Source: a virus | Lineage: Duplodnaviria; Caudoviricetes | Reading direction: 5' to 3' (one strand) | Length of the DNA: 64,000 nt | IMG/VR virus record: IMGVR_UViG_3300020202_000071 | Coordinates: 1,754 to 65,753 of that record | Part shown: positions 53,735-63,832 of the stretch, piece by piece | Layout of the letters: each line of letters starts with the position of its first letter | Numbering within the stretch: position 1 is the stretch's first letter | Notes under the pieces: generated by a model | What the model was told of the DNA's origin: nothing | The model's input: the letters and a program-made list of their open reading frames with translations, nothing else | Database searches by the model: none | Translations under genes and position numbers: made by a program

Positions 53735-56138
53735 CCCCGCTGCGGCACAGGCTGCCGCTCCCGGCCAGGCGACGCCCGAGCGCAAGATCGATTACGTCGG
53801 CCAGGGCAAAGCGCTGATCGAGAAGTGCATCGCCGAAGCGGCGTCGAATCACGCGCGCCTGCTGCGCGACCGCGCCGACATCCTCAATCAGAAATTCGAC
53901 CGCGGCGGCCGCGCCAATCAGTGGTGCGTCTGGGACCAAGGCACGGGACGCTACGTCGAACGTGGCACCGATCCCGAGCAAGGCGGCCTGCCGGAATATA
54001 TTCCGCGCCCCGTCACCAATGTCTTCAACGTCGTGATCGATGGGATCTGCGCGATCCTCGATCAGTCCGAACCCGCGCAAGTCTTCGGCCCGAACACGGA
54101 CGCGGACAGCGACAAAGCGGCCGCGGAAGTCGCGGCCGATGCCGTGCCGGTGCTGCGGGAGGAATGCGGATACGACTCCGAAGGCCACCGCCACGAGTTG
54201 AACCGCTTGTCGACGCTCATCGACAAGTGCCTCTACCTCCTCTACTACGACAACGACCCCAAGCACGGCATGGGCGAGGTCGAGTTGTTCTCGTGCGGCC
54301 AGTGCGGCGAGGTGGTTGAGCCGATGGAAGTCGAGGACGCCGGCGGGAAGTGCCCCCATTGCGAGTACGCGGAGACGGAGCACTTCGAGCTCGTCACCGA
54401 CCCGACGACGGCCCTGCCGATCACGATCCCGATGCCAAAGGGCCGGATTCGTGGCGAGATCATCCCGAGCTACGAGTTCACGCTGCCGTCCTCATGTCGG
54501 CGGCCGAACGCGAAAGCCGCGCCGTGGATCCTGACGCACTCGCGGATGGCGCCGCAGGACGTCGCGCGCATGTGGCCCGCGGCCGCCGCGATCGCCGACG
54601 ACAAGTCGAAGTGGGCCTCGGGCTCTCTGACGCGGGCCTACGCCGATCAAATGCGGGCGCTCTCGAGCCCCGCGACCGGTGAGACCGGGAGTCGCACGGG
54701 ATCGCAGGAAGTGGATGGGCCCGTCGTGTATCGCCTGATGCACGACCCGATCGAGGATCGCGACTTTTACTTCCCGAAGGGTTTTTTCGGCGTGCTGATC
54801 GGTGGCGAGCTCGTGGAGAAAGGGCCGCTGCCGTTCGAGGACGGCAACGGCACGCCGGTCAAGCACGGCATCGTGCGCACGTATGTGGACGGCACGGGCT
54901 CGCAGTTCGGCCACCCGCCGGGCGATGACTTGGTGCCGCTGCAGCAGTCGCGCAATCTCGTCGAGTCGATGATCCAGTTGATCATCATGCACGACGCGGC
55001 GCCGACGAAGTACCTGCCGGAAACCGTCACGCTGGTCGATCAGCCGACCGGCGTCCCGGGCGAATGGGTGCGCTACCGCTCGCTGGATGGGCAGAAGCCC
55101 ACCGAGAGCCGCGGCATGAATCCGCCCGAGTCGCTGTTCAACTACCTCGATCGCATCGACGCAAAGTTCCAAGAGGTCAGCCGGCTCAATTCCGTGCTCT
55201 CCGGGCAACGGCCGTCTGGCGATCCGACGCTCGGCGAAGTCCAGATCCTCGAAGAGCGCGGCATGGCCGCGTTCAGAGCCCCGCTCGACTGCCTGATCCA
55301 GTTCGAGAAGGATCTGTCGTTCCTGCTGTTGACGATTGCGCGGCAGTGCGCGTGGTCGCCGCGCTTCCGCCGCATCCGCGGCGAGGACAAGCAGTGGGAG
55401 ATCAAGCAATTCGCGAGCGCGGACCTCTCGGGCGAGATCGACATCACGGTCGCGCGCGCGTCGGCATGGCCGAAATCGCCGCTGATGCAGCAGCTCCGCA
55501 TCAAGGAAGCGCTGTCCGGTGGCGTGCTGCCGCCGCCGATGCAAGACCCCGAGTTGCAGGGCCAGTTGCTCGTCGACATGGACCTGGCGCACCTGAAGAA
55601 GTCGTGGGACGTCGATCGCCGGCAGATCGCGCGCGAGCTCGATGTGTGGCGCCACGCGCACACGCCCGACGAGATCATGGCCGCCGCGCCGGATCCACAC
55701 ATCATCGAGATCTCCCTGCATCTCTATCTGAAAAAGAACTTCCTGAAAACCGAGGAAGCGGAAGAGATCCGGCTGGCGAATCCGCCGGTCTATCAGGCGA
55801 TGGTGCAGCAGGTGCTCGGGCTCGAGCAGCACATGCAGATGAAGGCGATGCAGGCGGCCGCGATCCAAGCGGGCCCGCAAACGCCGGCCGCACCCGGTGG
55901 CGAGGGCGCGCTCGACGCCGCGCTGGAAGCCGGCGCTGTCGCACCCGCCGAGGAACCGCAGCCCGAAGCGTTGGCCGCGGCAATGGAATCAGGCGCGTTG
56001 ATGCCCGCGGGCGCGGGCGAGGCGATGGCCGCCGCGGCGGCGGCTGGCCCGTCGATGGACGACCTGTTGGAAGCGAAGTTGTTACTCCCGGTGACGCCGG
56101 ACGAGGGCGCCGCGCATGCAGGCGTGCCCCCGCTGTAA
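53718..56138 (+). CDS. Portal protein with Zn-ribbon insertion
   Basis: 806 aa between terL and scaffold. VTNVF, D.D..AAEVA and DDLVPLQ..RN motifs; CGQC/CPHC insert. Confidence 0.8.
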   Translation: MEPRTDPAAAQAAAPGQATPERKIDYVGQGKALIEKCIAEAASNHARLLRDRADILNQKFDRGGRANQWCVWDQGTGRYVERGTDPEQGGLPEYIPRPVTNVFNVVIDGICAILDQSEPAQVFGPNTDADSDKAAAEVAADAVPVLREECGYDSEGHRHELNRLSTLIDKCLYLLYYDNDPKHGMGEVELFSCGQCGEVVEPMEVEDAGGKCPHCEYAETEHFELVTDPTTALPITIPMPKGRIRGEIIPSYEFTLPSSCRRPNAKAAPWILTHSRMAPQDVARMWPAAAAIADDKSKWASGSLTRAYADQMRALSSPATGETGSRTGSQEVDGPVVYRLMHDPIEDRDFYFPKGFFGVLIGGELVEKGPLPFEDGNGTPVKHGIVRTYVDGTGSQFGHPPGDDLVPLQQSRNLVESMIQLIIMHDAAPTKYLPETVTLVDQPTGVPGEWVRYRSLDGQKPTESRGMNPPESLFNYLDRIDAKFQEVSRLNSVLSGQRPSGDPTLGEVQILEERGMAAFRAPLDCLIQFEKDLSFLLLTIARQCAWSPRFRRIRGEDKQWEIKQFASADLSGEIDITVARASAWPKSPLMQQLRIKEALSGGVLPPPMQDPELQGQLLVDMDLAHLKKSWDVDRRQIARELDVWRHAHTPDEIMAAAPDPHIIEISLHLYLKKNFLKTEEAEEIRLANPPVYQAMVQQVLGLEQHMQMKAMQAAAIQAGPQTPAAPGGEGALDAALEAGAVAPAEEPQPEALAAAMESGALMPAGAGEAMAAAAAAGPSMDDLLEAKLLLPVTPDEGAAHAGVPPL

Positions 56139-56454
56139 GACGCCGATGATCGAAACGATCACGACCGGCGCCAGCGCCCGGTATGTCGCATGGAGTTGTC
56201 CGGGCTGCCGGTATCGGCCGCCCGGGGAGCAGTTGGTGGGCTCGGCGCCGCGGGGCGTCCTCTGGCCCGGCTCCGTCACCGACGGTGCCGAGACCACCAC
56301 TGATCACGACGACGAGGTGTCGGTGAGGTAGTCGGCCGCTGGGAGCGCAGGCGACCCCGACCTGCGAGGGCGATGGGCCTCACCACACATTGACTCCGGC
56401 ATCGTGCCGCGTCGATGTGCGATGCGCAAGCTGAGCGGGGAGAGAAAAGGTTGA

Positions 56455-56526
56455 CGCAGGGGCGCGTGGGCGCGGTTGGGACTCATACCCCCGACGGTCC
56501 GAGTTCGACTCTCGGCCCTGCAACCA
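56455..56526 (+). tRNA. Atypical initiator-like tRNA-Met(CAT)
   Basis: Acceptor CGCAGGG/CCCTGCA with C1:A72 mismatch, ACCA end, CTCATAC loop and T-arm CCGAG-TTCGACT-CTCGG. D-arm is reduced. Confidence 0.7.
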
Positions 56527-56723
56527 AGATGCGCGGATAAGCGCGCAGCACGGTCTGAACGGCAACGGGAATGATCACCCGGCGGTAGTCCACCGCGCGC
56601 CGTTCAGCATTCACAAGGACAAGCGGGATTCAAGGACGGGATCTCACGCGACGCCGCGCGATACGCGGTGCGTGAGCCCGTCCTTTTCGTTTTTCGCCTG
56701 TCCGTTTCGACAAGGAGAGCGCA

Positions 56724-57782
56724 ATGCACCTGTTCAAACGGTTCATCGCCACGCCACTTCTGGCTCCAGAAGACGGCGCGATGGCCGGTGGTGCGGATCC
56801 TGGTGCCGAGGGAACCGCAGACGCTGGCTTTGACGGCGGCGACGGCGGCGACGGCAACGACGCGGACGGCTTCGACGACGGCGCCAGCGATGGCGACGGC
56901 ACGCAAGCTCGCGGCGACGACGACGAAGACCTGGACCTGATCGCCGGACCCGAAGAAGACGACGACGCGGTAGGCCGTCCTGCCGAGGAGCGACTTCGCA
57001 ATGTGCTGAAAAAGTTTCGCAAAGCGAGACGACAGCTGGCGAAGTTCAAGCCCTTGGCCGACCGCCTCAAAGGCGTCGATGTCGATGAAGTCCTGCAGGG
57101 CCACAGGCAGTTTCTGACGCTGCGCGAGCGGTTGGCGACCAACAAGCGCCTGCAGCGGCTGTTGATCGAGGACGGCGCGGACGGTGCCGCGGACGACCAG
57201 AGCGACGACGCTCCGGCCGGACGCGGTGCCGATCGTGGCCGGGCCGTCGAGGAGTTCGATGAATCGACGCTGCCGTTCGACCCGAACGCCAGTCCGTCGA
57301 ATCGGTATTTCGCCGACTTCTTCAAGCGTCACCACGCCACGGCGCGCGAGCAAGAGCGCATGGTGCGAACGCTGAGCAAGCGGATCGAGCAGTTGGAAGG
57401 TGGCCTTCAGCAACGGGATCAGCGCGTCATCAGCGAGCGCTGGCAGAACGAGCTGAATGCCGCGCTCAGCCAGATCAAGGGTCCCGACCGGGTGATGGTG
57501 AAGAACCAGCAGACGGTGCTCAAGGACCTCGTGACGGCGGCGTTCCGACTCGCGCCGAAGGGCACCGATCCGAAGAAGGTCATCGCGCACTACTCGGGGC
57601 TTCTCGGGATCAAGCCGACGCAGGGCCAGTTGTCCGCCGCGCAAGCCAAGCAGCGAGCAGCTATTCGCAACGCCAGTTTGCCGCGCACGGGCGGCGGCGC
57701 CGGCGTCCCCACTCCTGCGCGCGGCAAGAAAGAGTCGATCGCAGATGTGACGCGCCGGATTCGCCAGTCGCTCAGCGGCTAG
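56724..57782 (+). CDS. Capsid scaffolding protein
   Basis: AAGGAG RBS; acidic disordered N-terminus and coiled coils; directly before the MCP. Confidence 0.75.
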   Translation: MHLFKRFIATPLLAPEDGAMAGGADPGAEGTADAGFDGGDGGDGNDADGFDDGASDGDGTQARGDDDEDLDLIAGPEEDDDAVGRPAEERLRNVLKKFRKARRQLAKFKPLADRLKGVDVDEVLQGHRQFLTLRERLATNKRLQRLLIEDGADGAADDQSDDAPAGRGADRGRAVEEFDESTLPFDPNASPSNRYFADFFKRHHATAREQERMVRTLSKRIEQLEGGLQQRDQRVISERWQNELNAALSQIKGPDRVMVKNQQTVLKDLVTAAFRLAPKGTDPKKVIAHYSGLLGIKPTQGQLSAAQAKQRAAIRNASLPRTGGGAGVPTPARGKKESIADVTRRIRQSLSG

Positions 57783-57790
57783 GAGTGACC

Positions 57791-59137
57791 ATGAAGCGAT
57801 CCCTGTTTCATGCGTGCTCGGACCTCGCCTTCGACGGTCTCCACGACCGTCAGTGGATGCCCGGGTCCGACACCACGCAGTGGGACCCGTTGTTCAAAGA
57901 CGACTACGGGCCCGCGATCGTCAGCCAGGTCAACGAAGAGAACCTGATGACGAAGTGGATGGAAACCGAAATCGCCGACGACTCGTGGGTCGGGCGACAG
58001 AAGGTGGTCCCCATCAAGATCGGCCGCAACCGGTCGATCGGCTCGATCCCGTCGCGGGGCCGCCTGCCGCAGGCCGGCCGCAGCGTGTTCGAGGACTTCC
58101 AGATTCCGATGAAGAACACGTACGGCCGCGTGGGCTTCGAGCGGAACGTCATTGCGCAGTCGCGCAACAAGAAGGGGTCGTGGCAGCAGGTGATCCCCGC
58201 CGAAATGGAGGGGCTGACCGAAGCCATGGCCTTCCACCGCAACCGCGTGATCTGGGGCTACGGCTCCGGCATTCTCGCGCTGGTCAACGGCGCGCAGAGC
58301 GCCGACACGACGATCGAAGTCGACAGCCCGGGCAACGTGTCCGGATCCTCGGGAGGCGCGCGCTACCTCGATGGCGACAGCACGTCGGGCATGTACGTCG
58401 CGTTCCTGGATTCAAGCAACAACATCCAGGCGACGGCGACGATCAACAGCGTCGCCGCGGCGCTGACCTCCGTCACGGTGGACTCGGCGATCACGGTCGA
58501 CGACAACGCGAAGATCGTCATCGCGCAGTCGGCGACGCAGACGTCGCACAATCAGGAGCCCGAGGGTCTGCTCGCGGGCATCGACGACGGCACGTACGTC
58601 GCGACCTACCACGGCCTGAGCCGCACCACCTACCCGATCCTCAACTCGCACGTGACGACCGGCGTCGGCGCGCTCTCGCTGGATGCGATTCAGCAGATGT
58701 GCGACGCGGTCCACATCAAGACCGGCAAGACGTTCGACATGTTCGCGTGCGAGCACGCGGTGCGTCGCGCGTATCTGGTCCTGCTCGAGACGGATCGGCG
58801 CTACACCGGGGCGGATCTCGCGCGCCCGGATGGCGGCACCGCCGCGGCGAAGAAGCCGGGCGGCCGCACCATCACCTACGGCGACATTCCGATGTTCGTC
58901 GATCGTGATGCGCCCTACCGGATGCTGTTCGGCGTCAACAAGGCCTCGTGGACGCGCTACGTCGAAAACGAGGGTGAGTGGGCCGCGCAGGAGGGCTCGG
59001 TGCTCAAGTGGGTCCAGGACTACGACGAGTACACCGCCTTCTACTTCATCCAGGACAACTTCCATTGCCAGCGGCCGAACGTGAACGCGCGCATGGAAGG
59101 CATCGATGTCACGCAGCTGGCGGTGAAGGCGGCCTAA
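57791..59137 (+). CDS. Major capsid protein
   Basis: LFKDDYGPAI..Q, VVPIKIGRN, GYGSG.LA, EPEGL and YGDIPMFVD motifs; strong codon bias; AGGAG RBS. Confidence 0.85.
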   Translation: MKRSLFHACSDLAFDGLHDRQWMPGSDTTQWDPLFKDDYGPAIVSQVNEENLMTKWMETEIADDSWVGRQKVVPIKIGRNRSIGSIPSRGRLPQAGRSVFEDFQIPMKNTYGRVGFERNVIAQSRNKKGSWQQVIPAEMEGLTEAMAFHRNRVIWGYGSGILALVNGAQSADTTIEVDSPGNVSGSSGGARYLDGDSTSGMYVAFLDSSNNIQATATINSVAAALTSVTVDSAITVDDNAKIVIAQSATQTSHNQEPEGLLAGIDDGTYVATYHGLSRTTYPILNSHVTTGVGALSLDAIQQMCDAVHIKTGKTFDMFACEHAVRRAYLVLLETDRRYTGADLARPDGGTAAAKKPGGRTITYGDIPMFVDRDAPYRMLFGVNKASWTRYVENEGEWAAQEGSVLKWVQDYDEYTAFYFIQDNFHCQRPNVNARMEGIDVTQLAVKAA

Positions 59138-59175
59138 TCGCCGTCTGACGCCAGCGCACGCGGCGTTTGCGCACG

Positions 59176-59211
59176 ACCCGGGTGAGCGGTCCTCGCCGAC
59201 TCACTCGGGTC
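59176..59211 (+). terminator. Hairpin downstream of the MCP (no U-tract)
   Basis: ACCCGGGTGAG / CTCACTCGGGT stem. Confidence 0.35.
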
Positions 59212-59241
59212 CGTAGCCCGCGACACACACAAGGAGAAGTG

Positions 59242-59997
59242 ATGGGCATCCCGTACAACCCGCCGCAGATCGATCGGAGCAAGGTCCGCTCGCTGCTGCC
59301 GGCGCATCGCCAAAAGCAGGAACTGAAGCCGGACACGCTCGTGACGTGCCTGAATCGCGGCCCGCGCCGCCTCGTCGACATGTTCGACGCCGAGGAATAC
59401 GTCATCGAGCCGTACATGCTGTTCGAAGTCACCTTCGCGTGTGCGAAGCACTTTCAGAACCGCCTGATTGTGCCCGGCACGCGCAACCCAAATCCGGCCG
59501 ATACCGAGCTGCCGCAGTCGGTCAGTTGGATCGCGATTCTCGGCGTCGACCCGCCGCAGGCCTGCGAGCCGTTCGATCCGGCCCTGCTCGAGCGGTTTGG
59601 CGAAAAGGTCGAAGGCCTCAATCGCGACGCCCTGCCGAGTGCCGATCGCGACGTGCAAATTGCGTCGACGGCGGACCTGCGACGGCTCCTGCCCGGTGCC
59701 GGTGCGGCCTCCAGTGTCGCGGCGCTCGCGATGGCCGCGGGTCACGACGTGGCCGCCGGCGCGGGCGGTGGTGGCGGGCTCGGGCTGCAGCAGCAGATTG
59801 TCGGCGGGTCCGACGAGAAGCGCGAAGCGGCGCTCGCACCGGTCGAGACCAGCGACGCCTCTGCGGCGGTCGCCGAAGCCATCGCATCAGGGACGTGGGC
59901 ACCACCGGACGAAAGCCAGATCGTCGATCGCAGTGCGCCGACACCCGAGGAAGTCGTCGCGCGCGCGACCGGGACGCGCGGCGGACGCCGCCGGTAA
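59242..59997 (+). CDS. Hypothetical late protein
   Basis: AAGGAG RBS; follows the MCP. Confidence 0.65.
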   Translation: MGIPYNPPQIDRSKVRSLLPAHRQKQELKPDTLVTCLNRGPRRLVDMFDAEEYVIEPYMLFEVTFACAKHFQNRLIVPGTRNPNPADTELPQSVSWIAILGVDPPQACEPFDPALLERFGEKVEGLNRDALPSADRDVQIASTADLRRLLPGAGAASSVAALAMAAGHDVAAGAGGGGGLGLQQQIVGGSDEKREAALAPVETSDASAAVAEAIASGTWAPPDESQIVDRSAPTPEEVVARATGTRGGRRR

Positions 59998-60005
59998 GTG
60001 TCGCC

Positions 60006-60506
60006 ATGCCGCACGTGCCGCTGCCCGTCCACCTGCGTCTCGAGCCGTGGTGTCACCACGTGCAGGACTACGTGATGCGCCACGACCCGGATCTGCGGAT
60101 CCGCCAGTCGATTGAGCATCCGGGGTTCTACGTGCTCGAGCGCCGGTGCCGCCGATCGCCGGCGAGTGAGGCGGGCCTCGGGAACCACACCGATGCGCAC
60201 GTGCAGAAGCGAGACGGGTACATCCACGTCTCGCTCGTGCACTGGCAGTGGTTGACCCGTCCCTGGAACATCGTGCGCGCCTTGCAGGAGGAGGGACAGG
60301 ACCTCTTCGCGAAGGGCGGGCATCAGTTCGCGGACGAACTCGAATACGAGGAAGCGTGGGCGAAGGAAACGCGGCGCCGCCGGCGGCTCGGGCTCTACCG
60401 AGACATCGCGGCGGACGCGTATCCCGTGCTCAATCGCCTCGGCAACAAAGACGGAACAGAGCGCACGCGGATTTCTGCGCCGGGCCCCGTCTCCACCGCC
60501 GCGTAA
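60006..60506 (+). CDS. Hypothetical late protein
   Basis: DPDLRIR....YVLER pattern; operon position. Confidence 0.6.
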   Translation: MPHVPLPVHLRLEPWCHHVQDYVMRHDPDLRIRQSIEHPGFYVLERRCRRSPASEAGLGNHTDAHVQKRDGYIHVSLVHWQWLTRPWNIVRALQEEGQDLFAKGGHQFADELEYEEAWAKETRRRRRLGLYRDIAADAYPVLNRLGNKDGTERTRISAPGPVSTAA

Positions 60507-60524
60507 GCCAGAGGGAGATCCTCA

Positions 60525-61721
60525 ATGTCCACGAGACTCGAACATCGCGTGCTGGCAAAGACGGCCAGCTTCACGATTCCCGGCGATCGCTCGTATGCGC
60601 CAGGCACCGTGATCACCAACCGCGGCGCCACGGGCAGCGTCACGGCGACGCTCCCGACGCCGGGCAGTGGCCTGAAAGGGCACTGGTACATCTTCTGGTT
60701 GCACGCCAACCAGTCGTTCATCGTGGCCGCGCCGAGCACGAACACGCTCGTGACGATCGGCGATGCGACGGCCGACAACGTCGGATTCCAGATCTCGAAC
60801 AAGAAAGTTGGGCGCGCGATCTATGCCGAGTGCGATGGCACGTCCTGGTTCGCCTGCCCGTTCGGGAGCGCCGATGGCTTCTGCATTGACGGCACGGAGG
60901 TCAGCCCTGCGGCGTCGCTGACGCTGCCGACCGTCAACGGCGCGGTGCTCAATGCGACGGGCGACGAGCTCGACGTGCTCGACGATGTCACGGCGGGGAC
61001 CTTCGCTGCCAGCAAGGGGATGGTGCTCGACGCGAGCGGCCACGGCGTGATGCCCGACAACGGCATCCTCGCGCTGTCGCGGGGCACGGCGGCGGCCGCC
61101 GGATCAGGCGCGTCCGACGCCACGGCACTGACCGATCAGATCGCGATCGTGACCGGGGCGGACAACGCGAAGGGCGTCGCCTTGCCGGCGGCCGCGACGA
61201 CGACCGGTCCGTTCCTGGTCATCAACGACGCGGCGGCGCGGCTGCTCGTCTATCCCGTCAACGGCGGCAACGACAACATCAACGGCTTGGCCGAAGATGC
61301 GGCGTTCACGCTGGCGGGCGGTGAGTGGGCGCTGTTCATTCCGACGTCGGCCACGCAGTGGTACACCGCGACGCGTGGCGCGCAGGCGGAACCCTCGCCG
61401 CGGGCACGCACGACGGTCGCCAACGCGGGCACGGTCGCGGCGGCCGATCTCCGCGGGCGCGTGCTGTTCCAGGACGCGTCGGGCGGCAACGTCACGATGA
61501 CGACGCGCACGGGCACGCAGATCGCCGCCGATCTGCCCGAAATGCGTGTCGGCGATTCAATCCTGTTCCATGTCGCCTCGAATCACGCGACCAACACGTC
61601 CACGATCAGCGGCGGCACGGATGTGACGCTCGTCGGCAGCGGCGCCGTGACGAACACGGGCGGCAGTTTCCTGCTGATCAAGACCGCGGCGACGACGTTC
61701 GACCTCGTGCGGGTCGGGTAA
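60525..61721 (+). CDS. Virion structural protein (decoration/fibre-like, repeated beta domains)
   Basis: Thr/Ala/Gly-rich; TLP...G, VYP...DNING motifs. Confidence 0.65.
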   Translation: MSTRLEHRVLAKTASFTIPGDRSYAPGTVITNRGATGSVTATLPTPGSGLKGHWYIFWLHANQSFIVAAPSTNTLVTIGDATADNVGFQISNKKVGRAIYAECDGTSWFACPFGSADGFCIDGTEVSPAASLTLPTVNGAVLNATGDELDVLDDVTAGTFAASKGMVLDASGHGVMPDNGILALSRGTAAAAGSGASDATALTDQIAIVTGADNAKGVALPAAATTTGPFLVINDAAARLLVYPVNGGNDNINGLAEDAAFTLAGGEWALFIPTSATQWYTATRGAQAEPSPRARTTVANAGTVAAADLRGRVLFQDASGGNVTMTTRTGTQIAADLPEMRVGDSILFHVASNHATNTSTISGGTDVTLVGSGAVTNTGGSFLLIKTAATTFDLVRVG

Positions 61722-61757
61722 CGCGACCACGTATCACAACCAAGGGAGATCCTGATC

Positions 61758-62297
61758 ATGAGCCAGCGCACCAACGAAGACCTGATCCGACACCTGATGG
61801 CACTCGGCATGGCGACCGGCACCGTCGGCGCTCTCGCCCCGGACGTGATTGCCGACCTCGCGACAGTCGTCGGCGGCACCACACAGAACGAAGACAACAC
61901 GCTCAACAGCGTGGCGCTCGATGACGAGTGGCTCTCGCAGCGGAAGCGCGGGGCCATCATCGTCGCCTGGGGCACGACGGCCGCCAACGGCAACACGAAG
62001 GACATCAAGCTGTTCCTCGGAGCCTCGGCGATCCTGACGCTCGCCGATCAGACCAACAACGCCAAGGACTTCGCGTTCATCGCGTTCCTGTTCTCGGACG
62101 GCGTCGACTCGCAGCGCGGGTTCGGCATCGCCCTGATGGACGGCGCCGTCGTGGCGGGGTCGTCGATCAACTTCACGGCGACCGAAGACGCGAACGTCGC
62201 GAAGACGATCAAGACGACCGGCAACAACAATTCCGCGGCGGCGTCCGCTGCGACGGGCAAGGGGCTCGTCGTCATCCCGCTCGCCAACGCGGCGTAA
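61758..62297 (+). CDS. Virion structural protein
   Basis: AWGTTAANGNTK.IKL beta-sandwich-like pattern. Confidence 0.6.
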   Translation: MSQRTNEDLIRHLMALGMATGTVGALAPDVIADLATVVGGTTQNEDNTLNSVALDDEWLSQRKRGAIIVAWGTTAANGNTKDIKLFLGASAILTLADQTNNAKDFAFIAFLFSDGVDSQRGFGIALMDGAVVAGSSINFTATEDANVAKTIKTTGNNNSAAASAATGKGLVVIPLANAA

Positions 62298-62372
62298 CGC
62301 GGGCACGGGACCCGGGCGGGTGTGAGGCTGCTTGGCCGCACCCGCCCTTTCCCGAGGGAGATCCCCATCATC

Positions 62373-62813
62373 ATGCGCACGCTCAATCGCACGATTGTCG
62401 GCGTCCTGCTTGTGCTCGCGCTGTCGGCGCTGCACTCCTTCCGGCCGTCAGAGACGACGCCGGATCAGGTGTCATCGGTGCTCGCGTTGTCGCGGGCGCC
62501 GGACTTCTTCGCGCCGGCCTTGCTGGCGCAACCGGGCAACCGCGTGCGCCTCGCCGCGCCGTATCGCGTCAGCTGTGGCGCCGCGGCCGCGCAACTCACG
62601 GCGAGCGGCAACGTCCACGGCGTTGTGCTGAAGGCCCTGGTGCCTGGCCAGACGATGTATGTCGGCGTGTCGTCGGCCGTCACCACCGCCAACGGCTACC
62701 CGATGAGCGACAAAGAAACGCTCACGCTGGAGGTTCGCAATGCGAACGAGCTCTATTGCATCGCGTCTGCGGGAGGGCAGGAAATGGCTGTCCTGCCGTT
62801 CTCGCGGTATTGA
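62373..62813 (+). CDS. Virion-module protein with N-terminal signal/anchor
   Basis: MRTLNRTIVGVLLVLALSA leader; MYVG...VTTANGYP....L.L....LYCI domain. Confidence 0.65.
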   Translation: MRTLNRTIVGVLLVLALSALHSFRPSETTPDQVSSVLALSRAPDFFAPALLAQPGNRVRLAAPYRVSCGAAAAQLTASGNVHGVVLKALVPGQTMYVGVSSAVTTANGYPMSDKETLTLEVRNANELYCIASAGGQEMAVLPFSRY

Positions 62814-63753
62814 CACACTCGCTGGCGCGCTGATCGCGCTGATCGTGTCAGGGCCGCTGCTCGCGCAGCAGTCTGGCCCGGGCGTGTTGCCGGGCGGCAG
62901 CGGTGGTGGAGGCGGCGCGCCGACGTCGGCGACCTATATCACGCAAACGGCAAACGGTGATCTGAGCGCTGAACAAGCGTTGGCGTCGCTCTCGAGCGGC
63001 ATCATGCGCGTCGCCACGACGACGGGCGTGGTGTCCTCGCTCACCGACAGCGCCGGGATCGCGGCGAACATCAGCGATGAAACCGGCACAGGCGTGCTCG
63101 CCTTCTCAGATTCGCCAGTGTTCACGACGCAGGTCGATCTCGCGGCGGCGGGCGTGCGAGCGTCCGCAGCCGATGGCGTGCTGACGCTGCTCGGGCTCGG
63201 CAACGGCAACGATGAGAACCTGACGTTCGATTTCGACAATGCCGCCGCGAATACCGTCGCCGTCGCCAGCGGGACGGGAGTCGCGGCGATCACCTTCGGC
63301 GCGATCAATCTGGCGACGACGACGATCGACAGTGGCGTCGCGAACACGGCGCTGATCGTGAAGACGCCGACAGGCAGCACTGCGGCTGGCGTCAGCGTCG
63401 TGTCCGGGTCTACCGTGCGGGGGTTGTTCGGCGGTAACAACGTCGAGACGTACATCCAAGGCCAGCCAAGCCTGCCGATCAGCTTCTACAACGGGGCCGG
63501 CAGCACCGTGAACATGGCGATTCTCGATGCCGGGGCGCTCCGCATTGGCAGTTGGACGGCGGCACTGACGGCGGGTGCCCTCGGGCTGCCGAAGATGACG
63601 GCATCGGGCACCGCGCCGGGCGCCGCGGGCCTCAAGCTCGAAGTCGTCTGCGGCACCAACGCCGGCACCGCCAAGATCATCGCCTACGCGGGCACGTCGA
63701 CGACCGCGACGACGGTGCTGGACAACATCGGCTCCGGCGTCACCGGGTGCTGA
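62740..63753 (+). CDS. Fibre-like protein with signal-peptide-like N-terminus (start uncertain)
   Basis: LAGALIALIVSGPLLA-Q; GAPTSATYITQTAN..LSAEQAL and ISDETGTG.LAF..SP fibre motifs. Confidence 0.6.
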   Translation: MRTSSIASRLREGRKWLSCRSRGIDTLAGALIALIVSGPLLAQQSGPGVLPGGSGGGGGAPTSATYITQTANGDLSAEQALASLSSGIMRVATTTGVVSSLTDSAGIAANISDETGTGVLAFSDSPVFTTQVDLAAAGVRASAADGVLTLLGLGNGNDENLTFDFDNAAANTVAVASGTGVAAITFGAINLATTTIDSGVANTALIVKTPTGSTAAGVSVVSGSTVRGLFGGNNVETYIQGQPSLPISFYNGAGSTVNMAILDAGALRIGSWTAALTAGALGLPKMTASGTAPGAAGLKLEVVCGTNAGTAKIIAYAGTSTTATTVLDNIGSGVTGC

Positions 63754-63832
63754 CGCGCGCGTGATCGGTTCAATCGTTCCGCACGGGGCGCGCGAGGCGG
63801 AACAGCAGGGCACCGCGCCGGAGGACAGTCCA

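Noticed and set aside
2846-63753. Diversity-generating retroelement acting on fibre genes
   Set aside because: No reverse transcriptase and no template/variable repeat pair were noticed in the window.
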